The notes beneath the pieces were generated by a model. It searched no databases. It was not told the DNA's origin and worked only from the letters and a program-made list of their open reading frames with translations. Positions 1-11,866 of a stretch of 49,235 bases of DNA are shown here, piece by piece. Position numbers and translations under genes: made by a program. Source of the stretch: Thraustochytrium aureum (lineage: Eukaryota); contig BLSG01000016.1 of assembly GCA_012862495.1 (NCBI GenBank), forward strand, positions 1 through 49,235. Direction: 5' to 3'. Each line of letters opens with the position of its first letter. The first letter of the stretch is position 1.

Positions 1-98
1 TCTCGCGACGCGGCACTGCTCCCGAAGCGCCAAATCCCGCTCGTTGTCTTGCCCCTCGCGGCGCGTTGCCCTGCCCAATATCCGGGGGCGCCAGCCAC

Positions 99-143
99 GC
101 ATCGCATTGCATCGCATTGCATCGCATCGCATCGCATCGCATG
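99..143. repeat. (GCATC/GCATT)n pentanucleotide microsatellite
   Basis: About 9 tandem GCATY units are directly visible downstream of the phosphatase stop codon. Confidence 0.9.
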
Positions 144-195
144 CGTGGCCCGCAGGCGATGGTGCCCTCTGGAGAGCTCGACCAATGCTACCTAG

Positions 196-840
196 CTACA
201 TAAAATAGTCCACTTGCGCGCTGGCTTCCGACTCGGCCGCCTTGTCGGGCGAAGTTCGGTACGCCTCTGGCGCCTGCGTAAAGGTGTCATACTGGTACCC
301 AGAGGTGTCAAGCTGCAAGATAGCGGCCTTGTTTCCGCAGCGATAGCAATAGTTCGGCGCTGACCAAACCGTCACCAAGTTGCCCCCGAAAATCTCCTTG
401 AACCCCTCCATCACCAGCTGGTGCGAGCGGCAGATGAGGTCGAGCTGGTTCGTGTGGTTGAACTTTTTCACGACATCGGCGCCGAATATGTACCCGGCCC
501 CGCGCTGCGAGAGGCCCCATCCCTCAACGGCCTCATCCGGGTCAGACCAGAGCAGATCGCACACCGGCCCTTCGTGCGGCACTTCGGCATTGTACCGCAG
601 CGCTTTGATCTCGTCGAGCGTCTGCAGCGTCGGCGACAGGCCCGCGTGGACGGCCAGCACGCTGAGGTTTTCGCCCGTGACAAGTGCCGCCACGGGCAGG
701 CAGTCAAACACCTCGGTCACAGCGCGCCACACCGCGGGGCTGTTGTACTTGCGCACGCACTCGTCGTAGAACCCGTACACCTGCGTGATCTGCCGCGTCT
801 CGTGGTTCCCGCGCAGCAGCGTCACGTGCCGCGGGTACTT
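196..840 (-). CDS. Ser/Thr protein phosphatase catalytic subunit, PP2A family (most similar to PP4); 5' end lies in the N-gap
   Basis: Motifs [49 protein letters not shown] and [13 protein letters not shown]-terminus DYFM followed by stop. Confidence 0.93.
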   Translation of the reverse strand, partial: KYPRHVTLLRGNHETRQITQVYGFYDECVRKYNSPAVWRAVTEVFDCLPVAALVTGENLSVLAVHAGLSPTLQTLDEIKALRYNAEVPHEGPVCDLLWSDPDEAVEGWGLSQRGAGYIFGADVVKKFNHTNQLDLICRSHQLVMEGFKEIFGGNLVTVWSAPNYCYRCGNKAAILQLDTSGYQYDTFTQAPEAYRTSPDKAAESEASAQVDYFM

Positions 841-1332
841 NNNNNNNNNNNNNNNNNNNNNNNNNNNNNNNNNNNNNNNNNNNNNNNNNNNNNNNNNNNN
901 NNNNNNNNNNNNNNNNNNNNNNNNNNNNNNNNNNNNNNNNNNNNNNNNNNNNNNNNNNNNNNNNNNNNNNNNNNNNNNNNNNNNNNNNNNNNNNNNNNNN
1001 NNNNNNNNNNNNNNNNNNNNNNNNNNNNNNNNNNNNNNNNNNNNNNNNNNNNNNNNNNNNNNNNNNNNNNNNNNNNNNNNNNNNNNNNNNNNNNNNNNNN
1101 NNNNNNNNNNNNNNNNNNNNNNNNNNNNNNNNNNNNNNNNNNNNNNNNNNNNNNNNNNNNNNNNNNNNNNNNNNNNNNNNNNNNNNNNNNNNNNNNNNNN
1201 NNNNNNNNNNNNNNNNNNNNNNNNNNNNNNNNNNNNNNNNNNNNNNNNNNNNNNNNNNNNNNNNNNNNNNNNNNNNNNNNNNNNNNNNNNNNNNNNNNNN
1301 NNNNNNNNNNNNNNNNNNNNNNNNNNNNNNNN

Positions 1333-1456
1333 GCGTTCGTTGGCCGGCGGCGGCATTGAGTTGCGGGCATTCGGTCATCGATCCATCCATCGCGTTCGTT
1401 GGCGGCGGCGGCATTGAGTTGCGGGCATTCGGTCATTGATCCATCCATCGCGTTCC
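1333..1456. repeat. ~59-bp tandem duplication (2 copies) at a gap edge
   Basis: GCGTTCGTTGGC(C)GGCGGCGGCATTGAGTTGCGGGCATTCGGTCATYGATCCATCCATC occurs twice. Confidence 0.85.
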
Positions 1457-1801
1457 TACGTACGTACGTGCGTTGTCTCACGGGCATCCATCCCGTCGCG
1501 GGCGTCGCGTCTCGACTGCTCCAGAGCGTTCGTCGTGCCACGGGCATCCCGACGCGCAGCGCACAGAGCAGCGGCAAGAGCAGTCGGTTGGCGGGGGCCG
1601 AAGCATCCCGTCACGGGCGCCCCGGCCAGCCCGACAAGGCCAGCCCGTAACGACCATCCCGTCAGGGCATCATCGCAGCAAGAGCTGTCGGTTGGCGGAG
1701 GCGGTTGCATCACGTGACAGACATCCCGCGGCGCGACCATCCCGCCAATCCCGTGCTGCAGCAGACCCGCAACGACCGCCAGCGCGCAGAGGCAGGTGGC
1801 T

Positions 1802-3418
1802 ATGACCGGCGACGGGCTTGACGCGGACGGCGCGCTGGGCGAGGTGCAGGAGTGGCCGCTGCGCGAGCAGGTTGATGCGTTCAAGGTCCGGGATGAGGTG
1901 GACAGGATGGTGACCGCCGCGCTGCAGGAGAGGGATGACGAGCAGGCCGTTGGGAAGCGCGACGAAGGGAACAGGGCGGCGGGCTGCTCGAGCGCTCGGG
2001 CGGCGAGGTGCTCGACTGCGCCGAGGCCGAGGCGGAGCTGGCCATGATCAGGGCACTGCTGCACGCCGAACAGACCAACGACCTCGGGCAGATCAGCTCG
2101 GCGCAAGCGTTCATATTGTCCTCGGAGACGCTTGGCAGGGACCTGCCGCTCGGGTACAGAGGCGACCCCGCGGCGCACCGAGATGATGCCGGCGGCACGC
2201 CAACGCCGCCCACACCGGCAAAGGCCTCCAACCTGCGCGAGCGCCTGCGCAACGTGCGCGTGGCCAGTGCGCGCAAGGTCTCGCCCCCAGTCGAGCATGG
2301 ACTCACAGAACAGGAGATGGCGCAGATCCTCGGCTCCGACAAGGAGGAGGAGTTCGTGACGCGGCTCAAGCTGCGCCTGCGCGAGACGCGCGGAGCGGGC
2401 TTCCTGGACGGCAACGAGGAGATTGCCGCCGATCTCGACTTTTGGGCCCGCGCCTGCCTGCGCGCGCGCCGCTTCCGCGTCAACCGCGCCATCGACCTCC
2501 TCTGCAACTACGCCACTTGCAGGACAGACCTCGACCGCGTTTTGCAGAGCCCGGCCGACGAAGCCAGGGTGCGCTGGTTGCTCGAGATTGGGATCATCAC
2601 GTTCCTCGAGGAGGCGCGGTGCAAGGCCGGCCGCGGCATCGTCCTGATCCGCATGCAGATGCACGACCCCAAGTTGTTCTCCGCCCAGGACGTCCTGGCC
2701 GCCGTTCACCGCATCGTCGTCTTCGCGATCCGCCAGCACCCCGTCCTTCAGGCCGTCGGATTTACGATCATCTGCGACATGACAGGTAAGTTTGCGTCTC
2801 CCGACCAATGAACAGGCGGGCAGGCCTGCGCACGGCTGCGGAGTCTCCTCGCTTTCGCACTGACGTTCGCGCCCGCCTCAAGGCTCGACGCTCAAGAACT
2901 TCGACACGGGGATCCCCAAGCTCTTGGGCCGCACCATCGACTCCAAGCTGCCGATCCGCTACGGGCAGTTGATCGTCGTAAACCCGCCGACCTTCTTCTC
3001 GGCCATTTTTCGTGTCGTTTCGCTCTTCCTCAGCGCCAAGATGCGGGCACGGCTCGTCCGCCTGGCGTACAAGCCGGACAAGCACAGCGTGATAAACCCG
3101 CTGGAGAAGTTTATCCGCGTCGACAACCTGCCGCCCGAGCTCGGGGGCTCGCGCGAGATCGCCCCCGATCGCGTCGCCCTCGCCGTTCTTCCCGCCCCCA
3201 AGGCCCCGACGCAAGAGCAGCTCAACGAGGCCTACGCGATGCAAGACTCGTTCAACCCGTCGCCGACGTCTGTGCCGGTGGACGCCGACCCGCGCTTTGT
3301 AGACGCCCGGTGCGCCGCCGCGGATGCCGAGGACGCCGACCCGCAAGCCCTCTCCGCGTGGCAGTCGCCCAACTCGCCGAGCGCCAGCACGTCTAGGGAG
3401 CACAGTGCTTTCGTCTGA
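1802..3418 (+). CDS. CRAL-TRIO (Sec14/alpha-TTP-like) lipid-binding protein; one intron at 2786-2882 and a probable 1-nt frameshift near 1967
   Basis: CLRARRFRVNRAIDLL resembles the CRAL-TRIO N-domain. GFTIICDMTG|STLKNF...KLPIRYGQLIVVNPP.FFSAIFRVVSLFLSAKMRAR is joined in frame by a GTAAGT...CTGAC...AG intron. The start codon is uncertain. Confidence 0.85.
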
Positions 3419-3703
3419 CACGGCTCGGAGGTGCGGCAGGCAGGCAGGCAGGCAGGCACGAGCCGACGTCTGGCCCTTTTGGTTTTGATCAGTATTGCAA
3501 GTCACTCGCGCGGCTGCGAAGTAGCAGTAAACTAGCCGAAGCATTTTCTCGCGTGTAGATCGCCCCCGCGCCTCCCGCAACCGCGGCGGCCAACGCTCGG
3601 ACGCCAAAGCGGAACCCTATGCTGACCAAGCAACGGGACATCAAGAAAGGGAGAAAGACGACCTTTATTGCATTACTTACAGTGCATCCCACCTTGCGGC
3701 ACG

Positions 3704-6700
3704 CTAATATGAATCGGAGGCTTGCCCCCCGCGAGACCTGGCGCTTTCCGATGATGGGGCCGCCTGCAGCTCGCTGAGCAGGCCCCTCCTGCTCGCAAGC
3801 AGCATTTCAAGCTCAGCCAGCTCGCAACGCAGCACTTCCAGCCTCTCGCCCTCGTCATCGATCCGAGACGCCAGCCCCAGCTGCTTCGTGCGAAGCGGCT
3901 GGACCGTCTGCTCCACCGTCAGGTGGTGGTCAAGCGCCAAAACCCACTCTGTGAGTGCGAGCGCTGCCGCACAAGCAGAGTCCGGAAACTTTCGAGCCAT
4001 GCTGCGCGAGACGAACTCAGCGTTCAGCCCAGAGTCCTGAATGGCGTGGTGAATGAAAAACGCGTGATGCGCGTACAACTCGTCCTTGCTCGTCCCCAGG
4101 AGCTGCGCAACGAGGCGCCCGTTGCCGCGGACCTTGCGCTTTCCAGTTCGAAGATCGAGTTCCCTGCTCGCGAACATGTCGAGCGCCGACTGCCAGGAGG
4201 GCTCTGCTGCGCCCAAGACTGCGCTGACGATCCGGCCGATCACGAAAAGGTACCCTGGCGCATTGCTGCCGATCTTGTGCAGCGCCAGCATGTGGTCTGG
4301 GCCGAGCTTGCGCAAGCCAAGCTCTGCTCGTCGCGTAGATGGAGCGCGGCGCCCGTCCAGCTCCGCTATTGCAGCAGCGAGGATGGCCACTTCGCCTAGA
4401 GACCGCTGCCGACTTTCCTCGGCGCGAGAGATCTCTCGGGACACTTCGCTCAACCGCTCTTCGGCGGCTCGGGCCAGCGCATGCGCTTTCGTCAAGTCTT
4501 CGGCGCTCCACGGCAGGACAAGGTGGTCTGGGCCGTCGGGCGGGCCTCGCAACCCGCCGCGGCCCGACGCGTCAAGCACGACAAACGGACCGCTCTCCCC
4601 CACATCTAGAGACGCAGCCATGGCCAAGTCGCCGTTTCGCAGCGCCCGAGTGGCCCTGATCGCGTCCAAGCCTTGCCGCGCCTCCTCTGCTGCCCTCGCG
4701 TGCTCCATCACGCCCCGTCGGAGCTCTTCGATGCGTGCCTCAATCTTTCCGGCGTCGGTTTGCGCGGCGTCTCGGCACGCCGTTGCACGCGCTACCCAGG
4801 CTTGGCTCTCGCTTAGCTCTCGCAAAGCGCCGCGAAGCGCGTGGTTCACCCGGCTCGAAGCGTACCAGGCATGCAGCCACACCCAGATCGCGTGCAAGAC
4901 CTCGGCACGCGCTCCGTCGCCACCCTCGCTCAACACGCGGTCAGGGTCGTGGCGGGGGTCCACAAGAGCGCCCTCAATGCCGATCCAGAAACGCGTCAGA
5001 GGCGAGCTCACCCTGCGCCCAGAGCTCGCCACGAAAGGAACCCTGTAGCTGATTCCCAAACGCTGGTCCTCCGGCAAATGCGTGCTTGGCCTACCTGCTT
5101 CTGCCTTCCACGTGACATTGACACGGGCGAGCTCTTCCGTGAACACGGCCGCACGTAAACAGCCGAGTTGGTCGAAGAACACTCGAGTCGCGGTCGCCCA
5201 AGCGCTTGCCGGCACCCGAGGCCTCGGCGGCTGCCCAGCCCAGCGCGGCTTCTGCTTGGGCAAAGTCGCCGGCGCTGGCCCGGCTCACCGCCCAGAGCGC
5301 TCCGACCGCTCGGCGAACGTACATTGGTGGGCGGGCCACGGAACCCATTCACAAGAGCCGCGACGTGGCCGAGGCCAAGCCGGCTCATCAACGCGCTCGC
5401 TCGATCAACAAGCCCTCCCAAACAGGCCACTTCGCACTCGGCACGCCGCTCGGCATAGTCAAAGCGCGCGTCTTCGAGTGCATCAAGTGCGCGCTCTCGG
5501 GTCGAGGCGGGCCGCGTCGCGGGCCGCAGCTTTGCCTGCGAGTTGCACTTGCGCCAGCTCGATTTCTGCAAGGCCCTCTGCAACGCCGCGTTCGCTCGTC
5601 GCTACGAGAGCCTCCTGGACCCGCGCGTCCGCGTCTGCTTCGCTGTCGTGCCCGCTAAATCGCTCGAGGGTCTTCTTCGCCCTCCAATACTCGACCAAAC
5701 GGGACATGAGGTCGAGCACGCGCGCGTCCTCGCCATCGACCCCTTCGGGAACGCGAAAAGCCATTTCAAGGCGGCTCCGCTCCTCAAAGCGCCGCAGGAC
5801 GGCAGCCGCAAAACCAGATGCCAACGGCTCGTTCTCGCTCTCGGCCGGGTCTGCAGGGTCTCTGCTGTTCCAACCAAGCTGGCTGAGAAACGCCTCCGTC
5901 GTTGTTCTTGAGATTGGCTCGCAAATGTACCTGAACAACTTGCCCTTTTCCCAAACGCCAGGCCTCCAGCGCGCGGCCGACTCACCGACGAGTTCCAGAA
6001 CCTCAACCCCGCGCCCGTGGCGCTCGCCACGCACGAAAGGCCCCTCGTATCCGAGGCTTTTTCGGCGTCCCACTCACGTCCAAGCCCGTGCTTNNNNNNN
6101 NNNNNNNNNNNNNNNNNNNNNNNNNNNNNNNNNNNNNNNNNNNNNNNNNNNNNNNNNNNNNNNNNNNNNNNNNNNNNNNNNNNNNNNNNNNNNNNNNNNN
6201 NNNNNNNNNNNNNNNNNNNNNNNNNNNNNNNNNNNNNNNNNNNNNNNNNNNNNNCGCCTTCGTACCAATAGGCAGGTTCAGGTTGTCTTGGGCTCGGAGA
6301 TCGCCCCGCTTGATCTTCAACTGGATCGGAAAGATGATCGTCACCTGGATTGCAGAGAAGCGCAGGGCCCGGCGAGCAAATCCGGCCTCTTCCGCCGTGG
6401 GCGCCAGAGCAAAACTGCCCCACATACGTTGTGCCGTCACTGTATGTGACCTCCCCGAATCCGTGCGGCAGACCCGCCTTGAAGGAGCCAGCGTAGACGG
6501 TGCCGTTCGACAGCTCAAGGCGGCCGCGGCCGCTGGGCTCCCCGTCCGCCCACTCGCCATCAAACACGCTCGCGGTCAGCTTATGTACGTTGCGAGGAGG
6601 TTCTCGCTCGATGCCTCGAGCGCTCGTTTCTTCTGCAGCGCCTGTGTCGCGGCTGCACTCGCTCTCGCTTGCAGAGTCGTCCGATTGCTCCAGGTCGAAC

Positions 6701-7911
6701 GCCGTATTCAGCTTCCACTTTGAGCCCTCCCGCTTCGTCCACGGGAGGCCAAGCGAGGCTCGAACCCGGCGCCGTGCCACGTGCTCTCGCTAGGCTTGAG
6801 CTCTTGCGCTTTGCGCGGCGGCGTTCGCGAGGACTGCGCGCGCTTGGCATGGCAGCCTCGTCGAGGTCGAGGAGCCCAACAAAGGTCGTGGCGCAAGCCG
6901 GGGCCTCGAGTCGACCGCGCGATGTGGGAACTGCGTTCGTGTCGACCAGGCCAACGTATTTGGTCCCGCATGGAAACTCAATGCGAAACATGCCGCCAGG
7001 CACGCCGTCGCGCCAAACGCCGGCAAGGCTGCTAGGCCAGGACAGCCCGCGGCCCAGCTTGCCTGGGAGCCGTCCGAGAACAGTGCCGCTCACGAGGTCG
7101 AAGGCCCGCCCGAACCCGGTCGGCGACCCGTCCCGCCAAAACCCAGCGAAGGAAAACCCACCAGCAGCAAACACAGTGCTCGAAAAGTAGGACGTCCCGT
7201 TTGCGAGTAGCGCTTCGCCGGCACCGGCGAGGGCGGGTCGCCTCTTACGCACTTGAACATAGGCGTTCCGCCGGCGCCCATACTTGCGCCGCCAAAGCGC
7301 CTCGAGGTGGTCTTGTAGTTGCTCGTCGAGGATGGCGTACTTGTCCTGGTCGCGCTGCCGCCGGGTCTGGAGCATGCGCGGCGTTGCAGCCGCAAGCAGG
7401 GACTTGCGACTTGGCTTGAGTCCCACAAGGTGAAGTGTCTCGCGCCGCCCCGTTGCGGCCTTCGACGCCTGCTCGGCGCGCTTGCTTTTTGCTGCCACAA
7501 ACAGGGACTTGTGGCTGAAGCGACGCCGGAACTCGCCTGCGACCGCCAGCACGATGCCAGAAGGGGCGGCTGCTCTGGCCGAGTGGCTGGTCGTGCGAGA
7601 GGCGTCGTTGCAAGAGGCGTCGTCGCGAGGGCTTTTGGGAGGCCCGGAGCCTGCGCCTCGCAGCAGCCGCTTGAACGACGCCGACTTGAAGCTGCTACGT
7701 GCAGAGTCGAGGCTAGCAAGGCTCAGGCGCCGCTGCGACGCGCGCGCCGCCGCACCGGCCGTTTCCGCGAGAGACTTGGTCCCGACCTTGGCCGCCTTGA
7801 CTGCGCCGTCGCGAAGCTGGGCAGCCTTGTTCAGCGCGCGAATCGCACGTACCTGGTCGCGGCGGCCGTGGACGCCAAAGCCCTCCACTCGCTCAATCAG
7901 CTCGGGGTCTT
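3704..7911 (-). CDS. MORN-repeat + coiled-coil protein with C-terminal dynein stalk/MTBD-like domain(s); broken by several frameshifts and a gap; probably the 3' half of the gene starting at 11280
   Basis: MORN repeats FDGEWADGEPSGRG, YAGSFKAGLPHGFGEVTYSDGTTYVGQF, YEGPFVRGERHGRG and FAGFWRDGSPTGFG. Consecutive overlapping minus-strand ORFs 6581-7888, 5602-6780, 5483-6073, 5008-5583, 5091-5348 and 3704-5263. Terminal motif AAALALTEWVLALDHHLTVEQTVQPLRTK. Confidence 0.75.
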
Positions 7912-8074
7912 NNNNNNNNNNNNNNNNNNNNNNNNNNNNNNNNNNNNNNNNNNNNNNNNNNNNNNNNNNNNNNNNNNNNNNNNNNNNNNNNNNNNNNNNN
8001 NNNNNNNNNNNNNNNNNNNNNNNNNNNNNNNNNNNNNNNNNNNNNNNNNNNNNNNNNNNNNNNNNNNNNNNNNN

Positions 8075-11000
8075 GACTTGGAGCGGAACGCGGCCTGGAT
8101 CGTCGTCGCTGCATCCGCTTGCGCCTGCTCCTGTACAGCGCGGCTCGCAGAGAGCTCTTTGCGCGCATTGCGCGCACGCAAGTCCAGCTGCCGGCGCACC
8201 GCTAGCGAACGAATCGAGACTGGCGGAGCATCGCCCGCCTCGAGCCCCGACTTGCCCCTCACCAACGGGTCTGCCATGTAAAGGCTATGCGCGGCCTCAG
8301 CGGCGGTGAGCAGCGCGCGGTTCTTAAGTGCTAGCGCTTTTCGCGCGTACTCTTTCAGCTTTGGCCGACGCTCGAGCTCCTGCAACAGGTTGGGCGGAAG
8401 TCGTTGGAGGTCCGGATGGAGGTCGCCTCTCGACTCGGCGACGGCTTCTCTGTGGACGACGAGCGCACGTTTTGCTTTGGCCTCTTCGAGCGTCTTGACG
8501 CGCTGCACGATCTGGCTCGCCCGCTCTTCGCTCGGCACGAGGCCGACCCCTTGGGCCACGTCCAGGGCGCCAACAACACGGCGATGGCGCTTAAGAATGG
8601 GCCGGAGTTTGTTGACGACCCGCAGGGCTCTGGCCTTGGCGAAGGCTTCGAGCCGACGGAGCTTGCGCAGCCGCCTGGTCCCAATCCGCGACTTGACGCC
8701 GCGGTACCAGGCTTGAATGCGCGTAGCATTCCAGTTTCTTCTAGCCCTGAAGCGCCGAACGGCCGCTTGCAGGACCCGCGACGCCGCGAGCCGAGCAAGT
8801 GCGAGCTTGGCCTTGGGGTCGTGCCGCCGCGTCCAGCAACCTCGGAACCAACGCTGGATGGTTTGGGCCATCGCATCGCGGCGTCTAGTCTCGCGAGCTC
8901 GACTCGCCGCCGCGATGGCCCGGCCCCGAAGTCGGAATGCAGCACCAGCCTCAGCCCTCATCTTTTTCTGCTGCGCGGCGCGGTTTTCTCGCTCAATTTC
9001 CAACGCCCGGGCGTGCGCTCTTCGCGCAAGTAGATCACGAACCGCCTTTTGGACCTTGGTCGCGTGCTGGCCGAGCAGCTCGACGGCGTCCGCGAGGCGC
9101 TCTTGTTGCAAAGCAGCGCGAAGTGCGGCCTGCTTGATTTTCCGGGCGGCGCTTTGCCTAGCAATGGCGCAGCTCCAGAACCGCTGAATCATCCTCGCGG
9201 CCGCGCTTCGCTTTTCAGGGCTTGCTCGGACGGAGGACCACGCACAAAACAACTTGCGAATGCGGTGGCATGAGGCTGTGGCCACCTGTGACCGCCGAAT
9301 TGCTGCTCGACGGGCGTTGTCGCCTAGCCTTGCAAGGCCTTCCCGGAGCGCCTTGTGAACATATGCGTGATTGCCCAGGCGCAGAGCCTCGGCCTCAACG
9401 ACGTGATGGCAAAGCGTTTCCAGTAGGTTCTCAACTTGCGCAGCGACGGGACAGTCCCAGAGCACGGTTACCGCCCAGGACTGGAACGCTCGCTGTGCAA
9501 GCTTGGAAGCTGCGTGGGCATCAGCGGCGCGCTCCGCACGACCTCGGGCCTGAACAGAGGTGCACCAGGCCTGGAAAGCGCGGCGCTGCGTTGCGATAGC
9601 GCTCGCTTGGCTCGCGAGCATGTGCCCAAACTTGACAAGCCGCGATAGCGCACGAGACCGCGTGAGTGCGCGCCATGCCCGACGCAGCGCGATCTTGCGG
9701 TGCTCTCGCTCCGCCGTTGCCATGGCAGTTCGCATACGCGCCGCGGTACTCGCCACAAACCACCACCTGGAAAAAGCATATGGTAGCAACCCAAACGCCT
9801 TTGAAAGGAAAGGCACTCCTGCGACGTGTCTAGCGTTGCCTGCGACTGGACCATACCGCGACGAATCGTGGCACTTGTAGTGCTGCACAGCTGCGGCCCG
9901 ACGCTCGCGCGCATGCGTAACCGCGAGCTTGAGTCTATGCAAACTTTTCGCCTTTGCCGCGCGTCGCCAGTGCGGCAGGGCCCGATCGAAAACAAGAATG
10001 ACCTGGCGCGAGCTGTTGTGCGCCTCAAGCGGAACGCAGTTGAGCAAGATGGCAACGAGGCTCTTGCGTCGCTTCAGCGCTCGCTCTGCATGCACACGAA
10101 GCGCATCGTGCGCGGCGCGGCGCAAGACAGTGAGAGCAGTGGCGTGCCAAATCAACCGCAGCGTTACTCCTTGATGCGCGATGCGTCGGAGCGCGCGGCA
10201 AGCGCGGGTTTGGTCTGCTGCCCTCACGGACCATGCATTGAAAGCACAGCGCGCCAGCGCAAACCGGTTGACGTCGCGACCTGCGCGGCGGAGCTCGGCT
10301 TCGGTTGCGCCGGCGCGCCAAAGGCAAGCAACATTCTCTTGGAGGACGCCGGCACGGGCGCCACTTGAGCTCAGCCCGGCGAGCTTCGTAGTGGCGAGGA
10401 GGGCGAGGCGCTCCCTGCTGCAGACTCGCGAGGCTAGGGCCCACTGCTTGAGGAAAACGCCGCGCCTGAACGAGTCTGCCTTGGCTCTTAGCTGCTGCAA
10501 GATTCTGTACCGGTACAGGAACTGCGCTCGCAGGGCCACCATAAGACGGCAACCACGCCGCCTCTCGGCACGACGCAGTCGCCGCTGCCGCAAGTGGCGC
10601 CGGAAGAAAGCCTGGAGGGTGTACACGGCGTGGCGGCGTCTGCGGCCTTGCTCCTTGAGGACTGTTGAGATGTCCTTCATGCGAATAAAGTCGGGCGCCT
10701 CGCTTCGATGCGGAATTAGAGGTGCGCGAAACTCGCGGAGCCCCCCGCGGTGGAAATCGATGCGCTCGCCGTAGTGGCTTTGTTGATGGGGCATTTGGTA
10801 CCGCATCACTTGGCGCATTCGGTCGTCGAGGCTCACTAGAGCAGCCTCGCTCGTTTCTTGCTGCTTTGCCTTGATCCACCCAGCATAGCTGAACGTGCTT
10901 GTGCCAAACTCGAATTCACTCGACGAACACTGCTCGTGGCGGCCCTTGCTCCGTGTTTGGGAGAGCGGCGAGAGCTGTTCGTGCCTCGTCGCCGCCGAAG

Positions 11001-11280
11001 GCTTGGCGCATCTATCCGGCGGCGACTGCTTGCCGAGCGCTTCGATGCTCCGGAGCATGCGAGGCAGCAGCACGCCTCTGTCCGAGAGGCCCGGGGACCC
11101 AGGCGAGCCGCCCCGCTCCCGCTTCCTTCGCAGCACCTTGTCGGCATCCACCCCATGGCCAACGCCAAGAATCAACTCGAGCGTCTTTCGCTCAAAGTCC
11201 TCAGCGTCCCTTGCATACTCTGGCGTCGTCCGCTCTCTCCTGCGCCCTCGGCGCCTGCTTCGTCGAGCGCCGCCTTCCAT
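8075..11280 (-). CDS. Large basic helical protein with Sfi1-like repeats and IQ motifs; runs into the gap and probably continues into the MORN segment
   Basis: More than 1000 open codons. IQ motifs include TIQRWFRGCWTRR, RIQAWYRGVKSR, VLQAAVRRFRARR and TIQAAFRSK. Sfi1-like units include RCAFNAW, RRAFQAW, QRAFQSW, YAFSRW and RKLFCAW. Confidence 0.75.
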
Positions 11281-11866
11281 CCCGCCCCGAACCAGGCACT
11301 TTCACGCTACCATGGCACGGCGGCGCCAGCGGGCTCGCTTGGGCTGCCAAGAAACGCAAGGCGGGCAGCGTGTCTCGGCCCCGGGGAGCGTTCGGGGCCT
11401 GGCTGAGCTGCCCGGAGCGGTGGCGGGCTCCCAAGCCGCGTGTCTGGGGTTTTCGGTGGCTCAACGGCCTTTTGGGACTCCGCCAGTTCCGAGTTGCGCG
11501 GCCTGGCCTTCCCGTTGCTGCGCCTGCGCTCGGCGATCAGGTCGCCGGGGCTGGCCAGGCCGCCAAGGTCCCCGCCTCGCACAGACAGGCTGTGCTGGTT
11601 GTGCGTTTCTGTCACTTGACCAGCCTGGGAGAGAAAGTCTTGTAGTAATCGGCTCGACCGCGCGCGGCAAAGGCGCTGCGGGAGAGCGATGCTTTGGGCG
11701 GCGTCGTGGGAGTGGGCGAGGTTGTTTCAAGTCTACTCTATCGGTGTCAGGCTCGCTCTCGCGCAGGGACGAGCTCCACCTCGATACGCAAGCGGCCGGT
11801 CGTCGCCTGGGGCTGGTTGTGCGGCATGCGGGAAGACTCGCGCGAAGGTCGCAGATTGCGCGGGAT

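Noticed and set aside
1481..1755. Regularly spaced short repeats as a CRISPR-like array
   Set aside because: The repeat is only 7 bp, spacing is irregular, no cas genes are present and the context is eukaryotic.
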